In this document: positions 27,782-43,553 of the stretch, piece after piece | Layout of the letters: each line of letters starts with the position of its first letter | Position numbering within the stretch: the first letter of the stretch is position 1 | Source of the DNA: Octopus vulgaris | Lineage: Eukaryota | Length of the DNA stretch: 64,000 bases | Direction: 5' to 3' | Assembly (NCBI GenBank): GCA_951406725.2 | Contig: OX597833.1 | Coordinates: 17,422,001-17,486,000 of the forward strand | Position numbers and translations under genes: made by a program | The notes under the pieces: generated by a model | Seen by the model: the letters and a program-made list of their open reading frames with translations, nothing else | Databases searched by the model: none | What the model was told of the DNA's origin: nothing

Positions 27782-28325
27782 CTAGCAGAAATACCCGTGG
27801 TTGACTGGGTTCAGAAAGAGTCTTCAAAAATTATACCCTGATTTATAAAAGTTACTGCTTTGATATTATTGAATGTTTTGTAGCAGAATATCCACAAGCT
27901 TTTGTTGCCAGGTTTCAGCCCAAAAAGTTATAATATTTTACTAATGGGTCTACTGATAGTTAGTCTCTTCAGCTCTTTCTTTTTCCTACGCTGAGATTGC
28001 TTAGGTAGTCCAAATCTATTTTTTTTTCGGAGGCATTGTAGTAGGGTGTATTAATCTATAAGACGGGGGACTTAACTCAAGTTAGCAAACTTACGGATTT
28101 CATCGACGTGAAAATTGGTAAAAGTTATGGTTGAAAAGCTATTTTTACTGCTATCCGGAGGTGCCTCGGGAAAAATAAGTTGATAAAAGCACAGCCTTGG
28201 TCGTGACTAATGTCCTCCTAAAATTGGAGCGACATGCGTGCTAATTTGTGGATGTGCATAAAGTACATTCACGTACACACACACACACACACATACACAC
28301 ATATCCTGCCTTTTATAGATATAGA
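27782..28325 (-). mobile_element. Non-autonomous Helitron
   Basis: The minus strand starts TCTATATCTATAAAAG and ends CCCAGTCAACCACGGG-TATTTCTG-CTAG|T, the same end type as 10963-11344. Confidence 0.75.
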
Positions 28326-30021
28326 TAAAATAAGAATTTTCAGGAGATAAATTGATGTCCTTTTGTCAAATTTGAGGAGAATATTAAGTGGAGGCAAGAC
28401 AATTAATAGTAGTGAGTTTTGTTTTGCTCATTTGGTTGCGGCCATGCTGGGGCTCTGCCTTCAAAAGTTTTGTTAAGCAAGTCAACCCCAGTACTTATTT
28501 TCCTTTTTAACTCACTTTTATCGAACCGCTATGTTACGGGAATGTAAACAAACCAACATCGGTTATCAAGTAGTAGAGGGAGGACAAACACACACACACG
28601 GATACGTATATACGGTGGTTGTCAACACAATTTCCGTTGGCCATATTCACTCACAAGTAATTAATCGGCCCAGGACTATTGTAGAAGACACTCGCCCAAG
28701 TAGGATTGAACCCGAAACAACGTGGGTGCAAAGCGAGCCTTTTTTGCCGAATCGCTAAGTTACACGAACGTAAACAAACCCACACCGGTTGTCAAGCAGT
28801 GGAGGGAAGACAAATACACGCATACACACACACGCCCACATACAAACATATATACAGCAGGCTTCCATAGAATTTCCGTTGATCATATTCACTCACAAGT
28901 AATCAATCGACCCACGATTATAGTAGAAGGCACTTGCCCAAGGAACCGCTCAGTGAGACTGAACCTGAAACAGCGTTATTTCCAGGCGAGCTTTTAACCA
29001 CACAATGAGTCCTGCGTCTATAAAACAGTTTCAATAATAGCGTAAAAGTACCTGAACGTCTTAGGCACGAAAATCGAATTAAAGAACAACACAAGTTCAC
29101 TCTGAAATGCATGTTTAAGATACGTAATGGAAGAAAAATGTGGAATACAAAGAATGCGCTGGAAATCATATGTCTTTGATAACTCAGCACATGTCTCTGA
29201 CGTCTAAAATATGGCTCTAGGGTAAATAAAATATACCCTTACCGCCTCCAGCGCAGGCGATTGGAGAATTTTGAGAGCGAACCATTCGAAATAATATGAA
29301 ACAGATTTTCTTCTCTTGTGGTGGCTGTGAGGTCCCAGACGTTCGCTTTGCAACAACATGGTTTCGGGTTCAGTCCCACGGTGTGCCACATGGAACAATC
29401 GTATTACTGACTACTGTAGACTGTGGTGCCTTTTACGAGGAGGATCTTTATCGGTTTACCCATTCACCGATGAGAAATTTCCATCTTAATTTCTTCCAAA
29501 TTGCTGACTTAAAATGATGGTCTAATTTCCAATTGTCGTAATGAAATTTATCCTAAGTAATTTTTTTCCTGTCCCTCCTTCCTTCTCTCCTTCTATCTCT
29601 CTCTTTCTCTTTCTCTCTCTCTCTCTGTTTTCTCTCAGTTTCTCTGTGCTTTTTGGCAAACCGACTTGGATTATATATATATATATAAAATAATTTCATT
29701 GGAGTATGTAACCCTAGTATTTATCGTAGTATTAAATTCATTCAATGATATTGGCTATCGGACAGATCGTTTGCTCTGCCAAAGAATTGCCTGGAAACCC
29801 AGATATCCATAGAGTTGTTATAATGACAAATGAAAAGAATATATAATTACTTGCTCTTCCCCCACCTTTTTTATTCGGTATTAGATAGATAGATACATAC
29901 ATATATACATACATACATAAACATATACATATGTATATAATACATATGCATATGTGTATATATATATATGAAAAAACAAGTCAAAATAGAAAATGCTAAA
30001 ATAATTTTATAAAGAACATTT

Positions 30022-30059
30022 CAGTACCGGTTTCGGTCATTTTGAGACCTTTTCAACTG
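30022..30059 (-). ncRNA. Minimal hammerhead, U3-A8 core variant, in a TA-abutting element (29970-30140)
   Basis: CAG-TTGAAAA-GGTC-TCAAAAT-GACC-GAAAC-CG-GTA-CTG. Confidence 0.72.
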
Positions 30060-30196
30060 TAACGATTAATTAATTAAATTTAGAAAAATTAAAAGAAAAG
30101 TTTTTTTAAAGGAATATTTGTATAGTGTTCAAATATAAGTGACATTTTCCTTGTTTCTGCCTTCCTCTGTCTCTCTCGTTTGCACTTGTGTGTTCG

Positions 30197-30258
<62 letters not shown>

Positions 30259-30417
30259 GCATACAAGTATATATGTGTAAGTTTGTGTGTGTGTGTGTGT
30301 GTGTATTTATTTCAATATTGCAAAATTGTCACGATTGCAAATACTAAAACGTGAAATTATACTTGATTGAAATTTCATTAATATATTCTGTATACAATCA
30401 TACAAACTCGGAGATAA

Positions 30418-30484
<67 letters not shown>

Positions 30485-30492
30485 AGCGCGCG

Positions 30493-30530
<38 letters not shown>

Positions 30531-31180
30531 CAGATAATGTATATGTAATACATACATATACATCGTAGTAATTACAATTTCTTTCTTTCCTCCAGCTAAT
30601 TTCTCCCTTCCATTCTATAATTCTATTACAGCGACTTCCTCATTTCACCCCGGATTTCTCCCTCCTTCCACACATTAATAAACATGCTTCCCTTATCCTT
30701 TACTCTCTCATCCTCTCACTCTTCACTCGTTCGTAGAGCTTTCCACATATCTCCCGCTTATTTTTCAACAGCCATTTTCTCTCTCTCCTTCTTTGACGTC
30801 TTACGCAGTCAGTTAACCTTACACTGTCTTGACTATCTTTTATAATCCTCTCTAATAAGCAGATATTTTCTTTCAAGTGTTTCATGCTCCTCCCTTATAA
30901 ATATATATAATGTCTTTCTAGTCCCTTGTACTTCTTCCTGTCAAATACAACTTACTGCTTTGGCTTGTTTTTTTATTTCATTTTTGCTTTCTTTTTCAGT
31001 AGTTTTTTTTTCACTTTCATGCCCCCCCCATCCTCGCCCACCTTATTGCCGTATAACCATAGCCTTTCCACGTCAGACTTATTGTATCAATTACAGCACA
31101 CACACACACATACACACAACACACACACACACACACACACAGATAAATAAGCAGACAGACAGACAGACAGGCAGACAGGC

Positions 31181-31225
<45 letters not shown>

Positions 31226-31416
31226 CGTACGTACATACATACATACATACATACATACATACATACATACATACATACATACATAGAAGCAGACATATAT
31301 ATAAATACTTATATATTTACATATATATATCTATAGATGTGTGTATATAGATACACACACACACAAATAGATAAATAGATAGATGAGTATATATGTGTGT
31401 GTGTGCGTATATACAA

Positions 31417-31461
<45 letters not shown>

Positions 31462-32479
31462 TATGGGGTGTGTGCATATATCTGGACATATATGTGTATC
31501 TATATACACACAAACAGACAGACATATACATACATACATACTTACATACATGCTTACATACATAAATGCATACAAACAGACACACACACTCATAGCTTTC
31601 TAAGTACAATCTCACTTCAGACATTTCGTCTGTGTTACGAGACATCTCAGCTATTTGCTAATGTGAATTCTTCCCAGATTAAAGACTTCTAAGTTGTTAC
31701 AGTAAATATGTTGAATTTTCAGTTGTCGCTCGCTGCTTTCCAGTTAACTATACACCAGCATCACTTGTCAAAATAAGGGGCTGTTCCCTCAAATATACCT
31801 TCATCCTCCTATATCGGGCTGTCTGTGTGGCCCCGAGGAAAATTTTTCATCCTAATTACTTCTCTGGAAAACGTTTTTAGCCTTTGCTAAATCATGAACT
31901 ACAAAACAATATTAAATACGGGATCTGGAACCCACAGCTGGTATGTGTTCTTTGATAGAATTTGATCCTGCAGGTATTTGTATCAACAAACACTGCTCAA
32001 AAGCAGAATCGGATGTTTCCTTAGAAAGAAAAATTGGTCAAACATCTTACGGAGTTGTTTTTAAACAGAGTGAATGCGACTGTTATGATCCCCCCTAATA
32101 TACGTGCGGGAGGAAAGGGATCTCCAAAAGTTTGAGTATCTTTTATCTATTTCTTATTTATTTTTTACTTGTTTCAGTAAATTCGAGTGCGGCCATGCTG
32201 GGGCACAACCTTGAAGGGTTTAATCGAACAAATTGCTCACATTATTCTTTTCTTCTTTTGTACGTACATCTCAGCTGGTGTTGGTGTATACACGTCCACG
32301 TAACTTAGCGGCTCAGCAAAGTAGGACCGATAAAATAAATACCAGGATTGAAAAAAAACAAAAAGTGCCTGTGTCGGTTCATTCAGCTAAAATTCCTCAA
32401 GACGGTACCCCAGCATGGCCGCAGTCTAATGACTGAAACAAGTAAAAGATAGAATATAGTCAAGTAGATCCCAAATCCT

Positions 32480-33760
32480 TTTCTTCTCTAGGCACAAGGC
32501 CCGACATTTTTGGAGAGGGGGCCAGTCGATTAGATCGGCTCCAATACGCAACTGGTACTGAATTAATAAACCCCGAAAGGATGAAAGTCAAAGTCAACCT
32601 CGGCGGGATTTGAACTCAGAACGTAAAGACAAACGAAATACCACGAAGCATTTCGTCCGGGGTGCTAACATTTCTGCCAGCTCGTCGCCTTTAGCAGCAG
32701 ACAAAATACCTTTTTCTTTACTGCCCACAAGGGGCTACACACACAGAGGACAAACAAGGACAGACACACAGATTAAGTCGATTATATCGACCCCAGTGCG
32801 TAACTGGTACTTAATTTATCAACCCCGAAAGGATGAAAGGCAAAGTCAACCTCGGCGGAATTTGAACTCACAACGTAACGACAGACGAAATACCTATTTC
32901 TTTATTACCCACAAGGGACTAAACACAGAGGGGACAAACAAGGACAGACATAAGTATTAAGTCGATTATATCGTCCTCAGTGCGTAACTGGTACTTAATT
33001 TATCGACCCCGAAAGGATGAAAGGCAAAGGCGACCTCGGCGGAATTTGGACTCAGAACGTAGCGGCAGACGAAATACTGCTGTGCATTTCGCCAGGCGTG
33101 CTAACGTTTCTGCCAGCTCGCCACCTTAAGTATATCCAAAATTAGAAAACACATTACTGATACGAAACTCCATATGAAGTAATGCTTCGTCAGCACTTCA
33201 CAATTAATTATTTTATTTACCCCCGAAAGGATTAAAGGCAAAGTTGACCGCGGCCTTATTTGAAGAAATGTCACAAAGCATTTTGTCCGGCGATCTACCG
33301 AGTCTACCAGCTCACCGCTTTCTTCAGAAAAAATATATTAGTTTCAAATTTTGACACAAAGCCAGTAATTTCGAGGATGGAGATAAGTCGACTGCATTGA
33401 CCCTAGTACTCAACTGGTACTTATTTTATCAATTACCGACTAGAGAAAAGGTAAAGTCGACTTCGACTTTATTTGAACTCAGAACGTAAATTAAAAAAAT
33501 AAAACAAGGAAATGCCGCTAAGAATTTTGTCCAGAGAGTTACCGAGTCTACTAGTAATTTGGGGGATGGATGTAGGGCGATTACATCGACCCCAGTGATC
33601 AACTGGCACTTATTTTATCGACCCAGAAAAGATGAAAGGCAATGTAGACCTCGGCGGGATTTGAACTCAGAATGTAAAAAGTCGGGAGAAATTCCACTAA
33701 GCATATTAACTGGCTTGCTAACGATTCTTACCAGCTCATCGCCTTCTTTACAAAAAAATT
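32480..33760 (-). mobile_element. Cluster of SINE group A copies: a young trimer at 32480-33130 plus older monomers
   Basis: Family homology. Confidence 0.88.
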
Positions 33761-34190
33761 GTAATTTTGAATTTGTGTGTTCTATACACCATTTTCGTGG
33801 AGGCCCATGGCCTAGTTGTTAGAGAAGCGAACTCGCGATCGAGGGATCGCGGGTTCGAATCTCAGACCGGGCGATGTGTGTGTTTATGAGCGAAACACCT
33901 AAGCTCCACGCGGCTCCGGCTGAAGGTAATGGCGAACTTCTGCTGACTCTTTCGCCACAACTTTCTCTCACTCTTTCCTCCAGCATCTTGCAGCTCACCC
34001 GTGACGGACCGGCGTCACTTCCAGGTGGGGAACCTATACGCCAAGGAAACCGGGAAACCGGACCTAATGAGCCAGGTGTGGCTCGAGAAGGAACAAACAT
34101 ACACCATTTTCCTTATTCTTTGATTTAAATTTCAAAATTCCAAACTTACCTTAACTTAATATAATCTGGATTGTCTCCCCTATAAACAGT

Positions 34191-34209
34191 TGACCACCAG
34201 GGGGCGCAC
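34191..34209 (+). promoter_or_regulatory. Candidate CTCF-binding site
   Basis: TGACCACCAGGGGGCGCAC matches the CCACCAGGGGGCGC core in an AT-rich, apparently non-repeat context. Confidence 0.5.
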
Positions 34210-35282
34210 CACGGTTTCCTTTACGCCTGTAGTTTTAGACCTCTCTTACCGTCATACATACCATATGCTAGTAAGGTATGAATTTTAATATACCAATATG
34301 GTTATGGGCTAATTAGTTCGGTTAATTGCTCTCTTAACTATATGTATTTAGGTTATTAATTGTCATAGTCACAATAAAAGAGAACAATACCTAGGGTTTC
34401 GGTTCTGAAGATCGCTGAAAAAATATTTGCTTTGCAACCACGTGGTCTCGGGTTCGGTTCCACCGCGCGGCATCTGGAGCAAATGTCTTCAACAATAGCT
34501 CCGAGTGGAGTGAATTTGATAAGTGGAAAACGTGACGAAGCCCATCGTATATGTGTGTGTCTATGTGTATGTGCGTCTGTGTGTCTGTGTGTTTGTACAC
34601 CTAGCTTGACAACTAGTGCTGGTTTGTTTGTTTGGTTTCGTAACTTAGCGGTTCGACGAAAGGAGAACCATAAGCTAAATACCAGACTTTAAAAAATAAA
34701 CTCTGGGAGTCGATTTGTTTGACTACACCTTTAAAGGATGGACCCCAGCATGGCCGCAGTTCAGTGACTGAGACAAGTAAGAGATAAAAGATAAAAGAGA
34801 TTTATCAGCCGTTAATAGACAGATGTAAACATTACTATTAGCTGGAAATTTATAGCATGCTGTTCTCATAAACAAAACAGAGAAGAGATATTCCTCAGTT
34901 GACTTAACATCTGATGATTACCGCCTGGCTAGAAAATTGAAGTAATGGAAAGCAGCCAACATGATGGAAAGTTTTGCCAGATTAAAGAGTTATAAGATGT
35001 TACTGGAAATTCTAACGAATAATGAAGTACTTCTTTATGATCCACGGCAGTGTCTATTGTTATGTAGTTACGACTATTGTCTGGAATTGCCAGCAACGGT
35101 TGTTAGATGCTGAAGAACGCTTTCGATATCAGTTTGCTCTCTTAAACCATTCTGCTTTTAGGAGTTGGACCACGCTTCCATTACTGACAGAAGGAGATCT
35201 TCTCTCTCTAACTTAGAACTAATTTTAGGCAAAACGACTGGATTACAGGTCTTTAAGATGACTAGTAAATTCTTCAACATAG

Positions 35283-35794
<512 letters not shown>

Positions 35795-35811
35795 TATATA
35801 TATATATATAT

Positions 35812-36019
35812 AAGTTCAGCAAAATTAAGATTCAGATGAATATGGTACTTAAGGCACCAGAATTTTGTATGGTATTATCCATATAAATCAAATGGGGTGA
35901 TTATAATCAAAATAAGCAACAAGGATACCCAAGGTAGAATAGTACCAGTGTTTAATAGAATGAAGTAGCATGAAACAATTGTACTACTCTACCTTGGATA
36001 TCCTTGTTGCTTATTTTGA
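35812..36019 (-). mobile_element. Foldback plus tail element adjacent to (TA)n
   Basis: TCAAAATAAGCAACAAGGATACCCAAGGTAGA (35907) is inverted at 35988-36019. The centre has GAAAC-AATT-GTA. Confidence 0.7.
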
Positions 36020-36178
36020 AAGGTTCACTGCATTTGTTTCAAACGCGTTTTAAAACCGGTGTTGGTGTATTTTCGTCCACGTAACTTAGCGGTTCGGCAA
36101 AAGATACCAGTAGAATGGAAGATCGAGATGAATGGGAAAACGTGTGGAAAAAGTCTTGGGACATCCTCGGAGATGACC

Positions 36179-36241
<63 letters not shown>

Positions 36242-36242
36242 G

Positions 36243-36335
<93 letters not shown>

Positions 36336-37119
36336 GCCATTATTACAATAATAAATGAAAGATCGCTGATTCAACATGAAATATTATCGCTGCAAAAACA
36401 GCAGTATCTTTCTTTTTTACTTTTCATTACAATCTTTAATTTTTGCTGATATTTTAAAAATGGTTGTTTAAAGAAACCCATTTCAAGAAAGTATCAAGCA
36501 GGCCGCAAGATAAAAGTCTGCGGGCCTCAGGTTGGACAACCCTGTACTAGGTTTTAAAAAACATAAGTCCTCGGATCGATTTGTTCGCCTAAAACCCTTC
36601 AAGCTGGTGCCCTAGCAAACCACAAATCAAATGACTGAAACAACTAAAAGACAAAAGTAAAAGATATATATTTATACACACAGACACACATATGTATATA
36701 TATATATGTGTGTGCATCCATGTATGTATATATATGTATGTGTGTATATATATATACACACATGTATGTATGTATGTAGGTAGGTAGGTATGTGTGTGTG
36801 TACGTATGTGTGTATATGTGTTTGTATGCATGTATGTATATATGTGTGTATGTATGTATATATGTGTGTGTATGTGTATGGGTGCATGTATGTATGTATG
36901 TATGTTTGTGTATATATACATACGTGTATATATATATATACATACGTATATATACATACGTATATATACATACGTATATATACATACGTGTATATATACA
37001 TACGTATATATATATATATATACTTGTTTTATTTATATTTCCTGAGCGCCATACTAATACAATTGTTCGTTTGTTTTTCACCTGCCTTCGTCTTATGTCT
37101 ATTTTCATAAAGCTTCCCG

Positions 37120-37156
<37 letters not shown>

Positions 37157-37658
37157 AATATATTTGCATATTTACGTACATATATATATATATATATATA
37201 TATACTTATATATATGTATACACACGCAGATAAAACAGATATTTACATACATATATATGTGTATGTGTATGTATGTATGTATGTATGTGTGTGTGTGTGA
37301 ATGTGTGTGTGTGTGTGTTTGTGTGTGTGTGTCTAAATAAAATGGTTGAAACCCACGCATGTAATACATGGAACATTCTAGAATTCAATTAACTGAGATT
37401 AGCGTTGAAATTCTTGAAATTAGGCGACAGAAATTCCCTGTAGGAGTGTTCAAAATCTAAAACCAGCAAGAGACACGGCTTCAACAATATCAGCTGATCG
37501 TAATTTAGAGGAAATAATGGCAGTGTTTCCATTTCTCAAAAGTGAGGAGTGGATGGTGTTTTTAAAGACGACTTGTCTTCGGTTTCTGACTGTAAGGATA
37601 GTATCACAAACGGGAAGATTTTCAGCTCATTATATTGGCTATGTGAGATTCTAGGGTT

Positions 37659-37761
37659 ATGTATGTATGTATGTATGTATGTATGTATGTATGTATGTAT
37701 GTATGTATGTATGTATGTATGTATGTGTGTATGTATGTATGTGTGTATGTATGTATATGTA

Positions 37762-37799
<38 letters not shown>

Positions 37800-38413
37800 T
37801 ATGTATGTATGTATGTATGTGTGTATGTATGTATGTATGTATGTGTATGTATGTATGTATGTATATATGTATGTATGTATGTGTGTGTGTGAATGTGTGT
37901 ATCTAAATGTGTGTATGTATGTGTGTATGTATGCATGTGTGTGTATGTATGTGCGTGTCTGTGTGTATGTATGTATGTATGTGTATGTGTGTGCATGTGT
38001 GTGTATGTATGTATGTATGTATGTATGTATGTATGTATGTATGTATGTATCTGTGTATGTATGTATGTATGTGTGTATGTATTTATGTATGTGTATGTAT
38101 GTGTGTGTATGTATGTATGTGTGTATGTATGCATGTGTATGTATGTGTGTATGTATGCATGTGTATGTATGTATGTACGTGTGTGTATGTATGTGTATGT
38201 GTGTATGTATGTATGTGTGTGTAGGTATGTATCTATGTATGTGTGTGTATGCATGTATGTATGTGTGTGTGAATGTGTGTATGTGTATGTATGTATGTGT
38301 GTATGTATGTGTGTATGTATGTATGTGTGTATGTGTGTGTATGTGTGTGTGTATGTATGTATGTATGTATGTATGTATGTGTGTATATGTATGTGTGTTT
38401 GTATGTATGTATG
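37659..38413. repeat. ~750-bp degenerate (TATG/TG)n tract
   Basis: Direct reading. It produces the 339-aa and 292-aa pseudo-ORFs. Confidence 0.97.
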
Positions 38414-38775
38414 TTTCAGTCATTTGACTGTGGCCATGCTGGAGCACCGCCTTTAGTCGAGCAAATCGACCCCAGGACTTAATCTTTGTAAGAACTTTTT
38501 CTATCGTTATCTTTTGCCTAACCGCTAAGTTACGGGGACGTAAAGATACCAGCATCGGCTGTCAAGCAATGTTGGGGGAACAAACACAGACGCACAAACA
38601 TATGCACACACACATACATATATATATATATACATATATACGACGAGCCTCTTTCAGTTTCCGTCTACCAAATCCACGTACAAGGCTTTGGTCGGCCCGA
38701 GGATATAGCAGAAGACACTTGCCCAAGATGCCACGTAGTGGGACTGAACCCGGAACCATGTGGTTCGTAAGCAAG
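38413..38775 (-). mobile_element. SINE group C
   Basis: Family homology. Confidence 0.88.
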
Positions 38776-39044
38776 CTGATAACATTTTTATAACAAATCA
38801 TACCACGCCTATCACGGAGGCCACAAATCAACAATGTATTGAAGCATTGAATCAAACGGACCTAACTCTTTTAATCCAATCTCTTGTCGCCACATTGACT
38901 CGATTTTTTAGTGGGGAGATAACACAATTTTTTAATGGGGGTGAGATAACCAAAAAGTACCACCTTCTGTGGGTTGTTGTGTATAACGAAAGTATAGGGT
39001 AGCAGTAAGTTTTAAGGATTTTTTTTTTTCTGGGTGCCGGTTTG

Positions 39045-39430
39045 GCATGGTGGGAAGAAGTATGGTTCCAAACCACACGATTCCAGGTTCAGTTCCACTG
39101 CATCGCATCTTGGACAAATGTCTTCTATAGCCTCAGGCCGACCAAATCGTTGTGAGTGGATTTTGTAAAAGGAAACTGAAAGAAGCCCGTCGTGTTTGTT
39201 ACCACCCTCCCCCATCATCGCTTGACAACTGGTGTTGGTGTGTTTACTCCAGCGTAACTTAGCGGTTCAGCAAAACGAGACCGATAGAATAAATACTAAG
39301 CTTTAAAAAAAAAAAAGATCTGGGATCGATTTGTTCGGCTAAAAAACCTTTCAAGACGGTGCTCCAGCATGGTCGCAGCCAAATGACTGAAACCATTTAA
39401 TGAATACAAGAATAATAGAATAAAAGAATA
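39045..39430 (+). mobile_element. SINE group C, older copy lacking the internal microsatellite
   Basis: AGAAGCCCGTCG is joined directly to TGTTTGT. Confidence 0.8.
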
Positions 39431-39916
39431 AAAGAGCAGAAGGGTTGAATGAAGCGAAGTGTTAAGCACGGAGATGAAGCAAGGATGACGGGAAGGAAAA
39501 CAGGTGCAAAGATGTTTTACAGCTTCTTAATTCAATGAAACAGAAGCTATTCACGTAGAAGAGGCTGAGAGAAGAGGGTCTGTCGCTGTTTCAGGGACGG
39601 TTTTTCAATCAGCTGCCTGACTTTTTTTTCATATATGTATATATAATATATATATACGAGCGCATTCAAACAAATACGAGCAAATACGCACACGCACATA
39701 CTCATATATATTGTATACTCTTATACACATACACACCTACACACACACATACACACACACACACACACACATATATAAATATCTATATATCTATATATAT
39801 GTATATGTATATATATACATGTATATGTACATACATACATATATACATATACATATATATATGTGTGTGTATGTATTTAAATATTTATATATATATATAC
39901 ACACATACATATATCT

Positions 39917-40019
<103 letters not shown>

Positions 40020-41402
40020 CTAGCAGAATGCCCGGGGTGTTGCCTTAGCTTTAAAAAAGAGGTAACTGGTTGGGGAAGGCAGACACACACATACATACAT
40101 ACATACATACATACATACATACATACATACATACATACACACACACACATACATACATACATACATACATACATACATACATACATACACACATACATAC
40201 ATACACGCATACACACGACGGACTTCTTTCAGTTTCCTCTCTACCAAATCCACGAGCAAGCCTTTGGTCGGCCCGGTGCTAGAGTAGAAAACACTTGCAC
40301 AAGGTACCACGTTATGGCACTGAACTCGAAACCACATTGCTACGCACGCGCCCGTAAGAAAAATTATCTGATTTTTTTTATTTATTTATTGGCGATTCCA
40401 GAGTTCAATTCCCAAAGAGTAAATGAAAAAGGCATTTTTAGTTTGGGAATTCTTTCATCAAGGATATATTTACTTTTCCCCTGTATATTGGTCCTAAGTA
40501 GAATTCCATCCATCCATTCATCCATTTATGTTCTCAGCCAACAATTCCTGGGAAGGTCGTGGGTGTAAAGTCCTCACGCACCGCCTTCTTTGAATCATAT
40601 CTGAAGCAACAGTCGTTACACTTTCCGGCTGATTTCTCAAGCGTAACGATCAGAGACTACAGATATTATACAACGATCTCATTTTTGACCTATCCCTAAA
40701 ACCCTTGTGGATTGGCTTTTTCTTAAGAACCTGTCTTGCAATCCTTTCCTACAACATTCTAATCATACGCTTGTCGTACCGGAGCTATGACCTCGCAATG
40801 CGGAGAAGGAGCCGCTCGGCCTGGAGAGACTCCCTGCTCTCCGTGCCAGGCACCGTATCGAGTTACGTCCGTTTTATGATCCCAGTAGGTAAACGAATAT
40901 TCTTTAGGCAACAGGGCTTCTGTGCGAGAACCTATATCCTTTTACCTAGATCCCATTACACAACTGCCATTCAGAAAAGTTTTTGAAACACATTCCCAGA
41001 AAACTTCTGTTGTATAAATTTTACCAGCCAAGCATCTTCCTCACATCGTTCAAAACGATCTATATATACGTATGCGTGCCTATATCATCTAAAGTATGGA
41101 TACAATTTTCCATTTTCTTTTCTTTTGCCATTCATAAAATATCTCATGCTCTTAATTTTTCTCCTAACTAACAGTCACCAATAATACTATCCGTTGCAAA
41201 TCCATCAAAACTAGCCGGAATTGACGTGTATGAACGATAGGCTTTTTTTGTTTTGACTGTGATTTAGATAATATATTAACCGACAACGCTCAGCTTTCAT
41301 CTTGCGACTGAAATGGGGTTAGCGAAGCTAGAATGAATCGTACTGGAGTACTCATATAGGTAAACAATTGCGTACAACTATATTCTATAGACAGAAATGA
41401 AG

Positions 41403-41561
41403 GTAGGAGTAGCTGTGTGGTAAGTAGCTTGCTTACGAACCGCATGGTTCCGTGTTCAGTCCACTGCGTGGCACCTTGGGCAAGTGTCTTCTACTATAGC
41501 ATCGAGCCGACCAAAGCCTTGTGAGTGGATTTCGTAGACGGAAACTGAAAGAATCCCGTCG

Positions 41562-41653
<92 letters not shown>

Positions 41654-41860
41654 TGTGTGTGTGTGTTTGTCCCCCCAACATCGCTTGATAATCGATGCTG
41701 GTATGTTTACGTTCCCATAACTTAGCAGTTCGGCAAAAGAGACCGATAGAATAAGTACTAGGCTTACAAAGAATAAGTCCTGGGGCCGATTTGGTCGAGT
41801 AAAGGCGGTGCTCCAGCATGGCCACAGTCAAATGACTGAAACAAGTAAAAGAGTTAAAAG
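41403..41860 (+). mobile_element. Full-length SINE group C
   Basis: Head AGGAGTAGCTGTGTGGTAAG..GTTCAGTCC, CCTTGGGCAAGTGTCTT, internal (TA)n(TG)n and a GTAAAAGA tail. Confidence 0.9.
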
Positions 41861-43159
41861 AGGGTACTAGCATAATTACATACGTAATTATACGTATACG
41901 CGCGTGCGCAGCACAAACACGCACACATAAATACACACACATACACACATATATACAGACAGGCAGACAGATGACGGGCTTCGACACAGTTTTCGACCAC
42001 CAAATTCATTCACAAGGTTCCACGCAGTGATACCGAATCCGGAACGAAATTGTTGCAAAGCGAGTGCAGCCAGGTAGATGCCTATACACACGTGTGTGTG
42101 TGTGGGCGTGTGTATGTGTGTGTGTATGTGTGTGTGCGTGTGTGTGGGCATGCGTGTGTGTGCGTGCGTGTTTGTGCGTGCGTGTGTGTGCTTGTGTGTG
42201 CTTGTGTGTGGGCGTGCGTGTGTGTGCGTGTGTGTGTGCGTGTGTGTGCATTGTGTTTGCGCGTGTGTGTGCATGTGTGTATATGTATGGGCGTGCGTGT
42301 GTGTGCGCGTATGTGTGCATGTGTATGTATGTATGTGTGTGTGTGTGCATGTGTGTGTGTGCATGTGTGTGTGTGCATGTGTGTGTGTGTGTGTGTGTGT
42401 GTGGTGGAGTCTTTCGCCGGAGCTTGACCCGATTTTCCCGGTGTTAATTGATTGATGCAAGACATCCTCAACATGAACAGGACGATAGTCCATCGTAGAG
42501 TTAACCTCCCAGCCATTACTGGTTCTCATATTCAACTGAGCGGACAAAAGCCACATTAAAAGAAGTGCCTTCCTCAAGGACGCAACGTACTTCCCGGTTT
42601 TAAGAACCTTAGGGTACGCTCTCCGTGCAGAAGGCTACCCTAAAAAACTTCCAAATGTCGCATGCTACCGCGTACGCGCTGGCTGTGGACTGGAACAAAT
42701 TACGAAGAGACAAGTGTTAGTCATTTTGGTATCCTTGAAAAGCCTTGGTTTTTTTTACAGACTGAAGCTACAAGTAACCATCTGAAGAGCTTGCCATAAG
42801 TAATCACCAAATAAATGAATGGAGTCAGTCACTATTAGGAACGCCTCATTACGTATCTTCTTTTTCGGAACGCTAACGCAAACGAGATGCCGTTATGTAC
42901 GCACGTGGAGGATTCTTCAAAATTACCATGTTCACGTATATATTTGTACACACACAGACATACATATACACGCACTCGTACGCACACACACGCTCACACG
43001 CACACACACACGCACACACACACGCACACACACATGCAGCACACGCATACACGCACACACACGCACACACACACACCCCACACACGTATGCACACACATA
43101 CACGCACACACACACGGGCACACATATAAAAGTCTTTCTTGAAAATCTTATATTTTTTT

Positions 43160-43553
43160 TTTACTTGTTTCAGTCATTTGACTGCGGCCATGCTGGAGCA
43201 CCGCCTTTAGTCGAGCAAATCGACCCTAGGACTTATTCTTTGTAAGCCCAGCACTTATTCTATCGGTCTCTTTTGCCGAACCGCTAAGTGAGGGGGACGT
43301 AAACACATCAGCATCGGTTGTCAAGCAATGCTAGGGGGACAAACACAGACACACAAACACCAAACACAGAATCATGTACACATATATACATATATACGAC
43401 GAGCTTCTTTCAGTTTCCGTCTACCAAATCCACTCGCAAGGCTTTGGTCGGCCTGAGGCTATAGTAGAAGACACTTGCCCAAGGTGCCACGCAGTGGGAC
43501 TGAACCCAGACCCACGTGGCTAGTAAGCATGCTACTTACCACGCAGTCACTCC

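Noticed and set aside
35945-35990. Possible A3-U8 hammerhead core (ATGAAGTA-GCAT-GAAAC-AATT-GTA)
   Set aside because: It needs an indel and has essentially no stem II, which is too degenerate to claim from one copy.
37536-38555. 339-aa and 292-aa ORFs, and the many YIYI/HTHT/CVCV/IIII ORFs elsewhere
   Set aside because: Translations of stop-free microsatellites with no coding signal.
40020-40080. Helitron 3' end (CTAG plus hairpin) on the minus strand
   Set aside because: The hairpin is imperfect and no matching 5' end was found, so it is only a possible remnant.
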